A DNA stretch of 64,000 nucleotides, from positions 576,001 through 640,000 of the forward strand of contig CAVVXN010000005.1 of NCBI GenBank assembly GCA_963752285.1. The letters are read 5' to 3'. Shown one piece after another: positions 41,782-52,336 of the stretch. This DNA is from an uncultured Planctomycetota bacterium. Lineage in GTDB: Bacteria; Planctomycetota; PLA2; JAEUHO01. Under the pieces are notes generated by a model. That model worked only from the letters and a program-made list of their open reading frames with translations. It did not search any database and was not told the DNA's origin. Position numbers and translations under genes: made by a program. Each line of letters opens with the position of its first letter. Positions within the stretch are counted from its first letter, which is position 1.

Positions 41782-43185
41782 ATGGCGACGCGTGCGGCGG
41801 CAATTTCGGTCCTCGCGGCGGGCGCCACGTTCGTCGCGTCGTGCGGCCGGGACGCCGTCCCCGTGAAGGAGGCCTGGGCGCTCGCGCGTCGCGCGATCCA
41901 GGACCTCGCCGCGCCCGACCCCGAAGTCCGCGCGCGGGCCGCAGGCGATCTCGTCACGGCCTACCCGGAGGGCGCGTGCGGCGTCCCGCTCCTCGAGCTC
42001 TCGCTCCGGGACGAGGACCCCGGCGTCCGCGCGGCGGCGGACCGAGCCCTCGTCGCGATGGGCGGGCGAGGTGCGGAGACGCTGGTCGCGTTCCTCGCGG
42101 ACGCCGCGCGCCCCGGGGTCCGCGCGCTTCGGGACGCGATCGCCCGGATGGCGAAGCGGGGCGGGACGGTCACGCCCGCCGAGATCGACGCGGTGGCGGG
42201 GCGCGACGCGCGCGCCGTGCTGTGGCTCCTCCAGCCCCGCGGGTTCGACGCCGAGACGGATCGCCGCACGCGCACGATCACGCGCGAGCTCCTGGCGTCC
42301 GAGGCGGGCACCTTCGCCCGCGAGCACGAGGAGATCCCCCCGACGTCGGAGCGGGAGGTCGCGTGCGCGGCGCTCGCGGTGCTCGGGCTCGAGGCCGCCC
42401 CGGGGAGGCGGGGCGCAAAACGTCCCGAGGGCCTCGCGGCGCTCCGCTCGGGTGCCGGAGCCGACCTCCGCGCGGTCGTGGAGGACCTCGCAGGCGTGCT
42501 CGAACCACCCGCGCCTTCGCCCGGAGGTCGGTCGCTCGCGTCCCGTCCGGTGGAGGAGCTCGTCGCGGCGCTCCCCGACCCGGAGCGGATGGTCACCGGG
42601 AGCGACGTGTTCCTCGTGCGCCGCGAGATCGGCGAGCTCGCCGCGCGCGGGCCCGCCGCCCGCGCGGCCGTCCCGCGGCTCCAGGCGCTCCTCCACCGCC
42701 TGGGCGACCCCGACGTGGGGCGTCCCAGCGACCGGTACATGGTGGCGACCGCGCTCGGCCGCATCGGCGGTCCGACACACGACCTGGTCGCCCTCTTCGA
42801 GCAGGGCCTCCGGGGCGAGCCCGGTCGTCTCGACGAGGACGAGCTCCTCTCCTTCAGGGCGGCGCTCGGCCCCGCGGCGTCGGGCGCCGCGCCCGCCCTC
42901 GCGCGGCGCTACGTCGTGGCCGTGTCCGCGCTCGAGGAGGCGGGCGCGGCGCCTCGGTCGGGTCCCGAGGATTCCGGCACCCGGTCGCGCCGCTACGCCG
43001 CGCTGCTCCAGCGCCCGGAGGAGGTGCCGGAGCTGCTCGTGCGACCCCGGCGCCTGGCCGAGGTCTTGGCGGCGGTCGCGCCACGCCCCGCCGCCGTTCG
43101 AGGTCCGCTCGACCCGCTCGCGACGAGCGAGGACCCGGAGGTCCGCGCGGAGGTCGCCGCCCTCCTCCGGCGCGTGCGCCCGTAG
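41782..43185 (+). CDS. HEAT-repeat lipoprotein
   Basis: Lipobox FVASC; L..PDPEVRARAA, L.DEDPGVRAAA, GPAARAAVPRL, SEDPEVRAEVA repeats. Confidence 0.7.
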   Translation: MATRAAAISVLAAGATFVASCGRDAVPVKEAWALARRAIQDLAAPDPEVRARAAGDLVTAYPEGACGVPLLELSLRDEDPGVRAAADRALVAMGGRGAETLVAFLADAARPGVRALRDAIARMAKRGGTVTPAEIDAVAGRDARAVLWLLQPRGFDAETDRRTRTITRELLASEAGTFAREHEEIPPTSEREVACAALAVLGLEAAPGRRGAKRPEGLAALRSGAGADLRAVVEDLAGVLEPPAPSPGGRSLASRPVEELVAALPDPERMVTGSDVFLVRREIGELAARGPAARAAVPRLQALLHRLGDPDVGRPSDRYMVATALGRIGGPTHDLVALFEQGLRGEPGRLDEDELLSFRAALGPAASGAAPALARRYVVAVSALEEAGAAPRSGPEDSGTRSRRYAALLQRPEEVPELLVRPRRLAEVLAAVAPRPAAVRGPLDPLATSEDPEVRAEVAALLRRVRP

Positions 43186-43507
43186 CGCCGCGGCCCAGGA
43201 CGGCGTGAGGGCGAGTGGAAAGGGTGACAGTCGTTCGCGGACGGGCCCTTCGCCCGCACGACCCACGAACCTTCGTGAATCACGCGGCCCTGCGCACGCC
43301 AGAACCCCGATGGCGGCGTTGTTCGTCGTCGGCGACCCCCAAATCACAATCATGGACGGGGGGAAGCCTCCTCCTCTCGCCTCGCCCTCGGGGCCCTGGC
43401 GCACGCAGGACACCCTGTCGGCGAAGCCGTGATCGCCCAGTGGTCGCAACTCGAGCTTCCACCGACGCTTCCGTCGAACACGTCGCGTGCTTCGTGGGTG
43501 GTCCGGG

Positions 43508-43918
43508 CTAGGCCGGCGACGGCTCCGCGAGGCTCACCCGCACGGCCTTCGTCGCGGCGAGCGAGCCGTTCACGATGAGGTGGAACTCGTACGTTCCCGC
43601 GCTCGGCAGACGTATGCCCCGGAGCTGTGCGGAGAGCTCGGTGACCTGAAGCGGGCCCGGGATGTCGATCGCGGGCGGCGTGCCCCGTCCGAGCACCTGC
43701 CCGCCGCCGACGTCCACGAGCGCGATCTCGAAGCTGTAGCGTCCGTGCGCGTCGGTCAGGTTCGCGTAGATCCAGAGCTCGGGGTGCACGGTCGGAAAGC
43801 GGCCGGCCTTGATCTCGTGGAAGACCCCGATCAACGACTTCTTGCCCGTTTGGGCGTCTTGGATCACCTGGTCGCAGACGAGGAAGGCCTTCACCACCGG
43901 GAGAGGAGGGGTCGTCAT
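43508..43918 (-). CDS. Hypothetical beta-sandwich protein (DUF6941-like)
   Basis: AFLVCDQVIQD..TGKKSLIGVF...P..G.YEF pattern; immediately 3' of tRNA-Val. Confidence 0.75.
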   Translation of the reverse strand: MTTPPLPVVKAFLVCDQVIQDAQTGKKSLIGVFHEIKAGRFPTVHPELWIYANLTDAHGRYSFEIALVDVGGGQVLGRGTPPAIDIPGPLQVTELSAQLRGIRLPSAGTYEFHLIVNGSLAATKAVRVSLAEPSPA

Positions 43919-43945
43919 GGGCTCCGGGACGCGAAGGGGCGAAGG

Positions 43946-44022
43946 TGGTGGGCGCAAGAGGACTCGAACCTCTGACCTCGTGCGTGTGAAGCACGCGCTC
44001 TAACCAACTGAGCTATGCGCCC
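43946..44022 (-). tRNA. tRNA-Val (CAC)
   Basis: Reverse complement GGGCGCATAGCTCAGTTGGTTAGAGCGCGTGCTT-CAC-ACGCACGAGG..TTCGAGT..TGCGCCCACCA; TGcTAGGCT -10 at about 44068-44076. Confidence 0.97.
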
Positions 44023-44203
44023 TGGGGGCCGACGGACCCGACGATGCGCCCTCCGACTGGGGGGCGGAGCCTAGCACCCACGCCCGCCGGCGCCAAGCCG
44101 GCCGCGCGGTCTGGCGCGGGTGGCGGGGTGGGCGGTTCGTGGCTACGCTGGCGGGTGCCGCGGCGGCCGGATCACCGCCGTCGGCGGCGTCTCGGAGGCC
44201 CGC

Positions 44204-44410
44204 ATGGACCCGCGGCTCGAACAGGAGCTCCGCGAGCTCACGGAGATCGCCGCCCGCGTGATCGAGGCGGGGCGCGCGCCGAGTGCGGAGGAGCGCCGGC
44301 GCTTCCTCGACCTCAAGCAGCGGTTGGACGACCAGCCGCCCACGTGGCGCGACCGGCTGCGCGACGAGATCGACCGCTTCGCCGCCACGCTCGAGGGCAT
44401 CGGCATCTGA
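44204..44410 (+). CDS. Small helical hypothetical protein (DUF4404-like C-terminus)
   Basis: SD GGAGG; 68 aa ending LEGIGI. Confidence 0.65.
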   Translation: MDPRLEQELRELTEIAARVIEAGRAPSAEERRRFLDLKQRLDDQPPTWRDRLRDEIDRFAATLEGIGI

Positions 44411-44507
44411 CGACGTCGCGGCCGCGCGCGGTCCGTCGCCCCGACCCCCGTGCGAGGATCCGCGCGTGGGCCGGCCCGAATGCGACCCGAGGGCGAAGGG
44501 ACCGCGC

Positions 44508-45908
44508 GTGAACGTCGTCTACCAGCCGTACGGCGCCGCGCGGACGGTGACCGGGAGCCGGCACCTGATCCGCGTGGGGAAGCGATCGATCCTCCTCGAC
44601 TGCGGGCTCTTCCAGGGCCCCCGCCGCGAGGCGGACGAGAAGAACCGCCACCTGCCGCTCCCGCCCGACGTGCGCTCGGTCGTCCTCTCGCACGCGCACA
44701 TCGACCACAGCGGCGCGATCCCCGCGCTCGTGCGCGGCGGGTACCCCGGCGAGATCCACGCGACGCCGGCGACCCGCGACCTCGCGCGCGCGCTCCTGGA
44801 GGACGTGGCGCACCTGAACGTGGCCGACGCCGCGTACCTGAACCGCCACCTCGCGAAGGGCGAACACGAGGTCCGGCCCCTCTACGTGCCCGACGACGTC
44901 CACCGCGCCCTGAAGCGGTTCAAGGTGCACCCCCTCGGCCGGACGTTCTCGCCGATCCCCGGCGTCCGGGCCACCTTCCGGGAGGCGGGGCACATCCTGG
45001 GCTCCGCGGGCATCCTGCTGGAGGTCAAGGACGGGCCGCGCATCTACTTCACGGGCGACCTCGGCCGCCGTGCGTACCCCATCCTCGACGATCCGTCGCC
45101 GCTCCCGCGCGCCGACGTGATCCTCTCGGAGTGCACGTACGGGACGCGCGACCACCCGCCCATGGAGGACGCCGAGGGCACCATCCAGGCGGTGCTCCAA
45201 CGCGCGGTAGAGACCGGCGGCAAGGTGTTCGTGCCGGCGTTCAGCGTGGGCCGCACGCAGAACCTCGTGTACGGGCTCGCGCGCCTGCGTGCCCGCGGCG
45301 CCGTGCCCGAGCTGCCCGTGTTCGTGGACTCGCCCCTCGCCGAGAAGGCCACGGCGGCGTTCGTCGCGCACCCGGAGCTCTGGGACGCCGACGTGCAGGC
45401 CTTCGTCGGCTCGGGTGGCGACGCCTTCCACCCCGTGGGCGTGCGCTACCTCGAGGGCGTCGAGGAGTCGAAGGCTCTGAACGACGCGCCCGGGCCCTTC
45501 GTCGTCATCGCCGGGTCCGGGATGTGCGAAGGAGGACGGATCGTCCACCATCTGCTCCACGGCCTCGAGGACCCCCGGAACGCGGTCGTGTTCGTCGGGT
45601 ACGCCGCGCACGGCACGCTCGCCCGGCGCCTCGTCGAGGGCGACAAGCGCGTGCGCGTCCTGGGACAGTGGCGCGACGTCCGCGCGAAGGTGTCGCGCAT
45701 CGACGCGTTCTCCGCGCACGCCGACCGGACGGACCTCCTTCACTTCCTCGCGCCTGCGCGCGCGTGGGGCTCGGAGATCTACCTGGTCCACGGCGACGAA
45801 GACGTGTGCCTCGAGTTCGCGGAACGCCTTCGCGCCGAGGGCCACGAGCGCGTCGTGGTCCCGGAGCCCTACGCCTCGTACCCGCTCGGCGCCGCGGTAC
45901 CGGCCTGA
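44508..45908 (+). CDS. MBL-fold beta-CASP ribonuclease
   Basis: GAARTVTGS, DCGLFQG, SHAHIDHSG, GHILGS, TGDLG, ECTYG, PAFSVGRTQ, SGMCEGGR, SAHAD, VHG. Confidence 0.93.
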   Translation: MNVVYQPYGAARTVTGSRHLIRVGKRSILLDCGLFQGPRREADEKNRHLPLPPDVRSVVLSHAHIDHSGAIPALVRGGYPGEIHATPATRDLARALLEDVAHLNVADAAYLNRHLAKGEHEVRPLYVPDDVHRALKRFKVHPLGRTFSPIPGVRATFREAGHILGSAGILLEVKDGPRIYFTGDLGRRAYPILDDPSPLPRADVILSECTYGTRDHPPMEDAEGTIQAVLQRAVETGGKVFVPAFSVGRTQNLVYGLARLRARGAVPELPVFVDSPLAEKATAAFVAHPELWDADVQAFVGSGGDAFHPVGVRYLEGVEESKALNDAPGPFVVIAGSGMCEGGRIVHHLLHGLEDPRNAVVFVGYAAHGTLARRLVEGDKRVRVLGQWRDVRAKVSRIDAFSAHADRTDLLHFLAPARAWGSEIYLVHGDEDVCLEFAERLRAEGHERVVVPEPYASYPLGAAVPA

Positions 45909-45957
45909 AGGCCCGGCGCGCGCTCGCGGCCTGGCCCGCCGCGGTAGGATCTCCTTC

Positions 45958-48402
45958 GTGACCGCCATGCCCTCCGACGACGAGCAACGGCGGGCGCCTC
46001 GAGGCCGTCGGCGCGCCGCGCCGAAGACGCGTCCGGTCGTTCCCCTCCGTGGGATGATCCCGCTGCCGGGCGTTCCCATGCCCCTCGCGATCGGCCGTCC
46101 GTTCTCGCTCGCGGCCGTACGGGCCGCGGAGGCCGAGGGCGGCGAGGTCGTCCTCCTGATGCAGAAGGACCCGGACGACGACGAGCCGGCGACGGACGCG
46201 CTCTACCGGGTGGGGGTGACGGCGCGGCTCACGAAGTCCGTGCGTACGGGCGAGGCGTCCATCACGCTCGTCGCGCAGCCCATGGACCGCGCGCGCGTCA
46301 CGCGGCTCGACCACGCGGGCGACATGTACGCCGCCGCCATCGAGATCGTCCCGCCGATGCACGCGGTCCCCGGTGTCGAGATCGACGCCCTCCTCCAGAC
46401 GGTCCGACACCTGGTCCGCGAGATCGTCGCCGCACAGCCGGGCGGCAACGCCGAGCTCGCGGCGCTCGTGGACTCCATCGCCGACCCGGGGACCCTCGCC
46501 GACGTGGTGGCGAGCCAGCTCCAGTTCACGTCCGCCGAGCGCCAGCTCGTTCTCGAGACGTTCGACGTGAAGGAGCGCCTGGCGGAGATCGTGAAGCTGG
46601 CCGGGCGCGCGCTGGAGGTGGCCGAGCTCGGGCGCAAGATCCAGCAGGAGGTCTCGGGGCAGCTCGAGGAGGCCCGACGCCAGGTCTGGCTCCGCGAGCA
46701 GATGAAGGCGATCCGCAAGGAGATGGGCGACGAGGACGACCCCGACGTCGCCCGCCTCCGCGAGCAGGTCGCGTCCGGCGTCCTGGCGAAGGAAGCGCGC
46801 GAGGTGGCCGAGCGCGAGCTGAGGCGCCTCGAGACGATGCCCGCCGGCTCGCCGGAACGCGGCTGGATCGTCTCGTATCTCGACTGGCTCGTCGCGCTTC
46901 CGTGGCTGGCCGTGCGGCCGGAGCGAACCGACCTCGACGAGGCGGCCGCGATCCTCGACCGCGAGCACTACGGGATGGAGCAGGCGAAGGAGCGGATCCT
47001 CGAGACGCTCGCGGTGCGCCTCTGCAATCCCGAGGGGCGCGCGCCGATCCTCTGCTTCCTCGGCCCCCCGGGGACGGGCAAGACGAGCCTTGCGCAGGCC
47101 GTCGCCGACGCGACGGGCCGCGCGTTGGTTCGCATCTCGGTCGGTGGGGTGTCGGACGAGAGCGAGATCCGCGGGCACCGTAGGACGTACGTCGCCGCGA
47201 TGCCGGGTCGCATCCTCGCCGCGATGCGCAAGGCGGGCTCGAAGAACCCCGTGTTCGTCGTGGACGAGATCGACAAGATGTCGGCGTCGTTCCACGGCGA
47301 CCCGGCCGCCGCGCTCCTGGAGGTCCTCGACCCCGAGCAGAACGTCAGCTTCGTGGACCGGTACGTCGAGATCCCGTTCGACCTCTCCCAGGTCCTCTTC
47401 ATCACGACCGCGAACTCGCTCGCGCCCCTGCCGCGTCCGCTGCTCGACCGCCTCGAGGTGATCGAGGTCCCGGGCTACACCGAGGAGGAGAAGATCGAGA
47501 TCGCGCTGCGCCACCTCGTGCCACGCCAGCTCAAGGCCGTCGGGCTCGCGGCGCGCGTCGTGAAGATCTCGCGCCGGGTCGTTCGCGCCGTGGTCCGCGG
47601 CTGGACCCGCGAGGCCGGGGTGCGGAACCTCGAGCGGAGGCTCGGCACGATCTTCCGAAAGCTCGCGCTCCGCGCGGTCCGCGGCGAGAAGGGACCCTGG
47701 CGCGTGGCGGAAGCGGACCTCGGCACGTACCTCGGCCCGCAGCGGCACCAGCACGACGCGGTGGAGCGCGTCGCGGTCCCGGGCGTCGCGATGGGGCTCG
47801 CCTGGACGCCCGTGGGGGGCGAGATCCTCTTCCTCGAGGCCGCGAAAGCCCCGGGCGGCCGCGGCGAGCTGAAGCTCACGGGCAGCCTCGGCGACGTGAT
47901 GAAGGAGTCGGCGATCGCCGCGCTGACGTACCTGAAGAGCCGCGGCGTGCTCGGTACGGGCGCGCCGGCCGATGACTACCACGTCCACGTCCCGGCGGGC
48001 GCGGTGCCGAAGGACGGCCCGAGCGCCGGGCTCGCGATGGTCGTGGCGCTGGCGAGCGTCGTGACGGGGCGTACCGCGAGGAACGACACGGCGATGACGG
48101 GCGAGATCACGCTCCGCGGACAGGTCCTTCCGGTGGGGGGCATTCGCGACAAGGTGCTCGGCGCCGCGCGCGCCGGCATCCGGCGCGTCATCCTGCCCCG
48201 GCGGAACGAGGTGGACCTGGACGAGGTGCCCGACGAGGTGCGCCGGCGGCTGGAGTTCCACCTCGTGGACCGCGTGGACGAGGCCATCGAGCTCGCCCTC
48301 GAGACGCGCGGGCGGCGACGGACGGCGGCGCCGAGCCGGGCGCGTCGCGGCCGCGCCGACCAGGGACGTCGCGCCGCGCGCGGGTCGTCCCCGGAGGCGT
48401 AG
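45958..48402 (+). CDS. lon: ATP-dependent Lon protease
   Basis: LON N-domain, GPPGTGKTS, GHRRTYV.AMPG, DEIDK, EAGVRNL, KDGPSAG (Ser), GGIRDK (Lys). Alternative start ATG 45967. Confidence 0.96.
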   Translation: MTAMPSDDEQRRAPRGRRRAAPKTRPVVPLRGMIPLPGVPMPLAIGRPFSLAAVRAAEAEGGEVVLLMQKDPDDDEPATDALYRVGVTARLTKSVRTGEASITLVAQPMDRARVTRLDHAGDMYAAAIEIVPPMHAVPGVEIDALLQTVRHLVREIVAAQPGGNAELAALVDSIADPGTLADVVASQLQFTSAERQLVLETFDVKERLAEIVKLAGRALEVAELGRKIQQEVSGQLEEARRQVWLREQMKAIRKEMGDEDDPDVARLREQVASGVLAKEAREVAERELRRLETMPAGSPERGWIVSYLDWLVALPWLAVRPERTDLDEAAAILDREHYGMEQAKERILETLAVRLCNPEGRAPILCFLGPPGTGKTSLAQAVADATGRALVRISVGGVSDESEIRGHRRTYVAAMPGRILAAMRKAGSKNPVFVVDEIDKMSASFHGDPAAALLEVLDPEQNVSFVDRYVEIPFDLSQVLFITTANSLAPLPRPLLDRLEVIEVPGYTEEEKIEIALRHLVPRQLKAVGLAARVVKISRRVVRAVVRGWTREAGVRNLERRLGTIFRKLALRAVRGEKGPWRVAEADLGTYLGPQRHQHDAVERVAVPGVAMGLAWTPVGGEILFLEAAKAPGGRGELKLTGSLGDVMKESAIAALTYLKSRGVLGTGAPADDYHVHVPAGAVPKDGPSAGLAMVVALASVVTGRTARNDTAMTGEITLRGQVLPVGGIRDKVLGAARAGIRRVILPRRNEVDLDEVPDEVRRRLEFHLVDRVDEAIELALETRGRRRTAAPSRARRGRADQGRRAARGSSPEA

Positions 48403-48407
48403 CGTCC

Positions 48408-50480
48408 ATGGCTCCCCTCGGCTCCCTCCTCCGGGCTCTCGGTCTCCTGGTCCTCGCGCTCGCCGCGGGCGACGCCGTGCGCCTCGCGCTGCCCGATCGG
48501 GCGCCCGCCCCCGCGGCCGACGCGCGGACCCACGCGCGCGCGATCGTGATCGGGCTCGACGGCGTCGATCCCGTGTGGCTCGAGCGCTACGTGAAGGAAG
48601 ACCTGAGGCGACCGGAGCCCGAACGACGGCTCCCCGCGTTCGAGCGCCTGATTCGGATCTCGGGGCTCCACCGCCTCCGTTCCGAGATCCCCCCCGAGTC
48701 GCCCGTCGCGTGGTCGAGCCTGATGACGGGGGTGGACCCGGGCCGTCATCGGATCACCGACTTCGTGCGGCCGTCGCGGAGCTACCGGCCGGAGAACGGC
48801 ATGGTGGACGTGCGTCGGATGCGCCTCCTCGGCGGCAGGCTGGTCCTCCGTCCGCCGATCGCCGCGGCGCGTCTCGCGTACCCGACGTTCCTCGAACGCG
48901 TCGCTGCCGCGGGATATCCCGTGCTCGCGATCCGCCAGCCGGGGCTCTTCCCCGCGAAGGCCGTTCCGGGGGCGCACCTCCTCTCGGGCCTCGGGACCCC
49001 CGACCTCGCCGGCGGCCCGGGCTACTACGCCGTCTGGTCTTCGCGCGCGGGATTCCCGTCAGGCGACACGACCTTCGGCGGGACCCAGATCCCCCTCGAC
49101 CCGGAGGAGACGCGGGCCTGGGACACGACGCTGCCGGGACCCGTGGACCCCTCGCTCCCGCGCGGGCGCGGCGGCACGCTCTCGCGCGCGACCGCGCCGC
49201 TGCACCTCGAGGTTGTGGAGGGCGATCCTCCGGCCGTCGCGATCCGACTCGCGGACCGGACGGAGGTGGTGCCCCTCGGCGGGCGGAGCTCGTTCTTCGT
49301 CGTTCCGTTCGAGCTCGACACGGTGCCCCACATCCACCTTCGCGGGCACGTGCGGTTCGAGGTGAAGCAGGTCGATCCGCTGATGGTGCTGGCCGACCCG
49401 GTCAACATCTACGCGCCCGACCCCGTGATGGCCCTCACCACCCCGAAGGCGTGGAGCGAGGAGCTGTGGGAGGAGTACGGCCCGTTCGAGACCGTGGGCT
49501 GGACCGAGCAGACCTTCGCGCTGAACGACGAGTACCAGGACGACGAGGGCTTCCTCCGCGACCTCCTGGCCGACATGGACCAGGGCGAGAAGATGCTCCT
49601 CGGCGAGCTCGAGCGCGGCGACGCGTGCGTGTTCCAGGTCTTCACGGCGACGGACCGCGCGCTCCACTGCTTCTACCGCTACTACGACCCGGAGCACCCC
49701 GCCTACGTGAAGGGGAAGGTCGAGGCGCTCGGCGACCCGATGCTCCGGGTCTACACGAGGGCCGACCGCGTGCTCGGCGACGTGATGGCGCGCCTCGGAC
49801 CGAACGACCTCCTGATCGTCGCGTCCGACCACGGGTTCCAGACGTGGCGCTGGCAGGTCAACCTGAACCGCTGGCTCGTGGACGAAGGGTACATGGTGCT
49901 CAAACGGAGCACGGCCGAGCAGAACCTCGCCAAGTTCGGGCTCGAGGGCGACACCGGCGCCGACGCCGTGGACTGGCCGAGGACGCGCGCCTTCGCCATG
50001 GGGCTCGGGCAGATCTTCCTGAACGTCCGGGGCCGCGAGTCCGAGGGGATCGTGTCCTCCGGGGAGGCACCCGCGCTGGCGCGGGAGATCCGCGAGAAGC
50101 TCTTGCGGGTCCGCGACCCGCGGCACCCGGAGAACCGCCCGATCCGCGAGGTCTACCTGCTCCACGAGGTCTACCACGGGCCGTACGTGAACGAGGCGGC
50201 CGACCTCCAGGTCGGCTTCGACGTGGGCTACCGCGTGGCGTGGCAGACCGCGCTCCTCGGCGACATGTCGCAACCGCTCTTCGTGGACAACAAGAAGCCC
50301 TGGTCGGGCGACCACTGCAGCACCGACGTCAGCGTGGTACCGGGCATCCTGCTGCTCGACCGTCCGCTCGCGCCGGCGCCGCCCGATCGTCCGTACCGGG
50401 TGCACGACGTGGCCGCGACGGTGCTCGACTTCTTCGGGCTCGACACGAGCGACCTCGAAGGCCGTCCGCTCCCGCGTTGA
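48408..50480 (+). CDS. Exported alkaline-phosphatase superfamily phosphodiesterase/nucleotide pyrophosphatase
   Basis: Signal peptide; VIGLDG, ESPVAWSS..TG..PG.H, DRALH, SDHGF, GDH, DVAATVL. Confidence 0.88.
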   Translation: MAPLGSLLRALGLLVLALAAGDAVRLALPDRAPAPAADARTHARAIVIGLDGVDPVWLERYVKEDLRRPEPERRLPAFERLIRISGLHRLRSEIPPESPVAWSSLMTGVDPGRHRITDFVRPSRSYRPENGMVDVRRMRLLGGRLVLRPPIAAARLAYPTFLERVAAAGYPVLAIRQPGLFPAKAVPGAHLLSGLGTPDLAGGPGYYAVWSSRAGFPSGDTTFGGTQIPLDPEETRAWDTTLPGPVDPSLPRGRGGTLSRATAPLHLEVVEGDPPAVAIRLADRTEVVPLGGRSSFFVVPFELDTVPHIHLRGHVRFEVKQVDPLMVLADPVNIYAPDPVMALTTPKAWSEELWEEYGPFETVGWTEQTFALNDEYQDDEGFLRDLLADMDQGEKMLLGELERGDACVFQVFTATDRALHCFYRYYDPEHPAYVKGKVEALGDPMLRVYTRADRVLGDVMARLGPNDLLIVASDHGFQTWRWQVNLNRWLVDEGYMVLKRSTAEQNLAKFGLEGDTGADAVDWPRTRAFAMGLGQIFLNVRGRESEGIVSSGEAPALAREIREKLLRVRDPRHPENRPIREVYLLHEVYHGPYVNEAADLQVGFDVGYRVAWQTALLGDMSQPLFVDNKKPWSGDHCSTDVSVVPGILLLDRPLAPAPPDRPYRVHDVAATVLDFFGLDTSDLEGRPLPR

Positions 50481-50487
50481 GCTGCGA

Positions 50488-51384
50488 CTAGTCGAGGTCG
50501 CGGAGCTTCTCGTAGAGCGCGCGCGCCTCGGGCGTCGGGTCCTTCGGCACCGTCACGACGACGCGCGCGAGGTGGTCGCCGCCGCGGATCCCCTGGCCGC
50601 GCAGGCGCAGCACCGTCCCGCTCGACGTGCCCGGCGGGACCGTTACCGTGCCGACCTTCCCCCCGAGCGTCCGAACTTCCACCTTCCCGCCCAGCACCGC
50701 GACGGGCGCGGAGACCGCGAGGTCCGCCTCGACGTCGTGGCCCGAGAGACGGAACGTGGGGTCGGGGTCCACGTGCACCCGGAGGAACAGGTCGCCCGGC
50801 GGGCCCCCGCCGGGACCGGGCTCGCCCTGGCCGCGGAGCCGGAGCGTCGCGCCCTCCACCGTGCCCTCCGGCACGCGGATCGAGAGCGTGCGCGTGCCCG
50901 TCGAACCGTGGAGCGTCACCTCGATCTTGTCACCGAGCGCGGCGGCGCGAAACGGAACGCGCACCGAGGCCTCCACGTCCTGGCCGCGGCCCCGACGCGC
51001 GACGCGCGGTCCACCGCGGCGGCCGAACGGCGAGAAGCCCTCGGCTCCGCCGTCCCCGCCGAAGAGGTCCCCGAAGAGGAAGCCGAATCGCCGCAGGATC
51101 TCGTCGGTGGAGATCGACTCGTACCCCGGAAAGCCCCCATCGCCCATGCCCTCGGGCGGGAATCCCGTGTGGAGCTGCTGGTCGTACTGCGCGCGCTGCC
51201 CGGGGTCGGAGAGCACGGCATAGGCCCGGCCGAGCTCCTTGAACTTCTCCTCCGCCTGCTGGTCGCCCGGGTTCTTGTCGGGGTGGTACTTGACGGCGAG
51301 CTTGCGGTACGCCGCCTGGATCTCCTCCTGGGTGGCGTTCTCCCCGACGCCGAGGACCTCGTAGAAGCTCTTGGATTGGGGCAC
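50488..51384 (-). CDS. DnaJ class B co-chaperone (CbpA-like)
   Basis: J domain with HPD, G/F-rich linker, C-terminal LRLRGQG repeats, no zinc finger. Confidence 0.92.
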   Translation of the reverse strand: MPQSKSFYEVLGVGENATQEEIQAAYRKLAVKYHPDKNPGDQQAEEKFKELGRAYAVLSDPGQRAQYDQQLHTGFPPEGMGDGGFPGYESISTDEILRRFGFLFGDLFGGDGGAEGFSPFGRRGGPRVARRGRGQDVEASVRVPFRAAALGDKIEVTLHGSTGTRTLSIRVPEGTVEGATLRLRGQGEPGPGGGPPGDLFLRVHVDPDPTFRLSGHDVEADLAVSAPVAVLGGKVEVRTLGGKVGTVTVPPGTSSGTVLRLRGQGIRGGDHLARVVVTVPKDPTPEARALYEKLRDLD

Positions 51385-51565
51385 GTTGCCGTTCCGATCG
51401 CCGGGCCCGACGCCGGGCGGAGCCGGTCAAGGTACCGGCCGAGCGCCCTTCGTCCACGGCCCGCGCCGCGGAGGCTACCTTGGGCCGGTGCCTTCTCCCC
51501 GTGACCCGGCCCCGTCGGCTCCTGGCGCGCCCGGCGCGGCGCCGAAGGTACGGGACGTGGGGGAG

Positions 51566-52327
51566 ATGGCGCCGCCGGTCACCGTGATCGGCGACCTCCA
51601 CCTCACGGCGGAGCACCCGGGGACACGCGACGACCTCTTCGACCTGCTGCGCGCGATCGCGCCGGCCGGGGGCACCCTCGTGATCCTCGGCGACCTCTTC
51701 GACTTCTGGGTCGGCCGGGGGCAGGCGAAGACGCCGTTCGCCCGCGGCGTCACGGAAAGGCTGGCGGCGGCCCAGGCGGAGGGGCTCCGTCTCGTGTTCC
51801 TCGCCGGAAACCGCGACTTCGCGTTCGACGGAGCGCCGGGTCTCGCGCTCGCGTGCTGGCCCGACGTCGTGCGCGCGCGCTGGGGAGACACGACCGTCGT
51901 GATGAGCCACGGCGACCTCCTCTGCACGGCCGACACCTCGTACCTCGCGATGCGCCGGGTGCTGAGGCTCCCGCCGGTCGTCTGGGGCCTGCGGCGCGGG
52001 CCGTATCGCGTGACCGTGACCCTCGCGCAGGCGCTCCGTGCGGTCTCCGAGCGCCACGGTCGCCGGAGCACGGGGGCGCTCCTCGGCATCGACTACGGGC
52101 GGGCGCGGGCGTGGCTCGACGGGCTCGACGCCGACCTCCTCGTGCTCGGCCACGTGCACACGGGCGTCCACCACCGTCTCGACGGCCCGCGCCCGCGCGA
52201 CGTGATGGTGCTCCGCGACTGGGACCGCCGGCCGAGCGCGGTGGTCTACGACGGCGGGGTGCCGCGCCTCGTCGGACTGGACCGCGCGCCCCGCGGCGCG
52301 CTACGCGCCGCCGGCGCCCCGACGTAG
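51566..52327 (+). CDS. lpxH: UDP-2,3-diacylglucosamine diphosphatase (LpxH-like metallophosphoesterase)
   Basis: DLH, LGDLFDFWVG, GNRDF, HGDLLCT.D..Y, GHVH, DW. Alternative upstream GTG start at 51488. Confidence 0.85.
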   Translation: MAPPVTVIGDLHLTAEHPGTRDDLFDLLRAIAPAGGTLVILGDLFDFWVGRGQAKTPFARGVTERLAAAQAEGLRLVFLAGNRDFAFDGAPGLALACWPDVVRARWGDTTVVMSHGDLLCTADTSYLAMRRVLRLPPVVWGLRRGPYRVTVTLAQALRAVSERHGRRSTGALLGIDYGRARAWLDGLDADLLVLGHVHTGVHHRLDGPRPRDVMVLRDWDRRPSAVVYDGGVPRLVGLDRAPRGALRAAGAPT

Positions 52328-52336
52328 GATCCGCGC

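Noticed and set aside
43946..44022. Similarity between tRNA-Val and tRNA-Ile ends as possible attL/attR of an island
   Set aside because: Both are complete tRNAs on opposite strands with ordinary shared acceptor/D arms; no integrase is present and the intervening genes are core.
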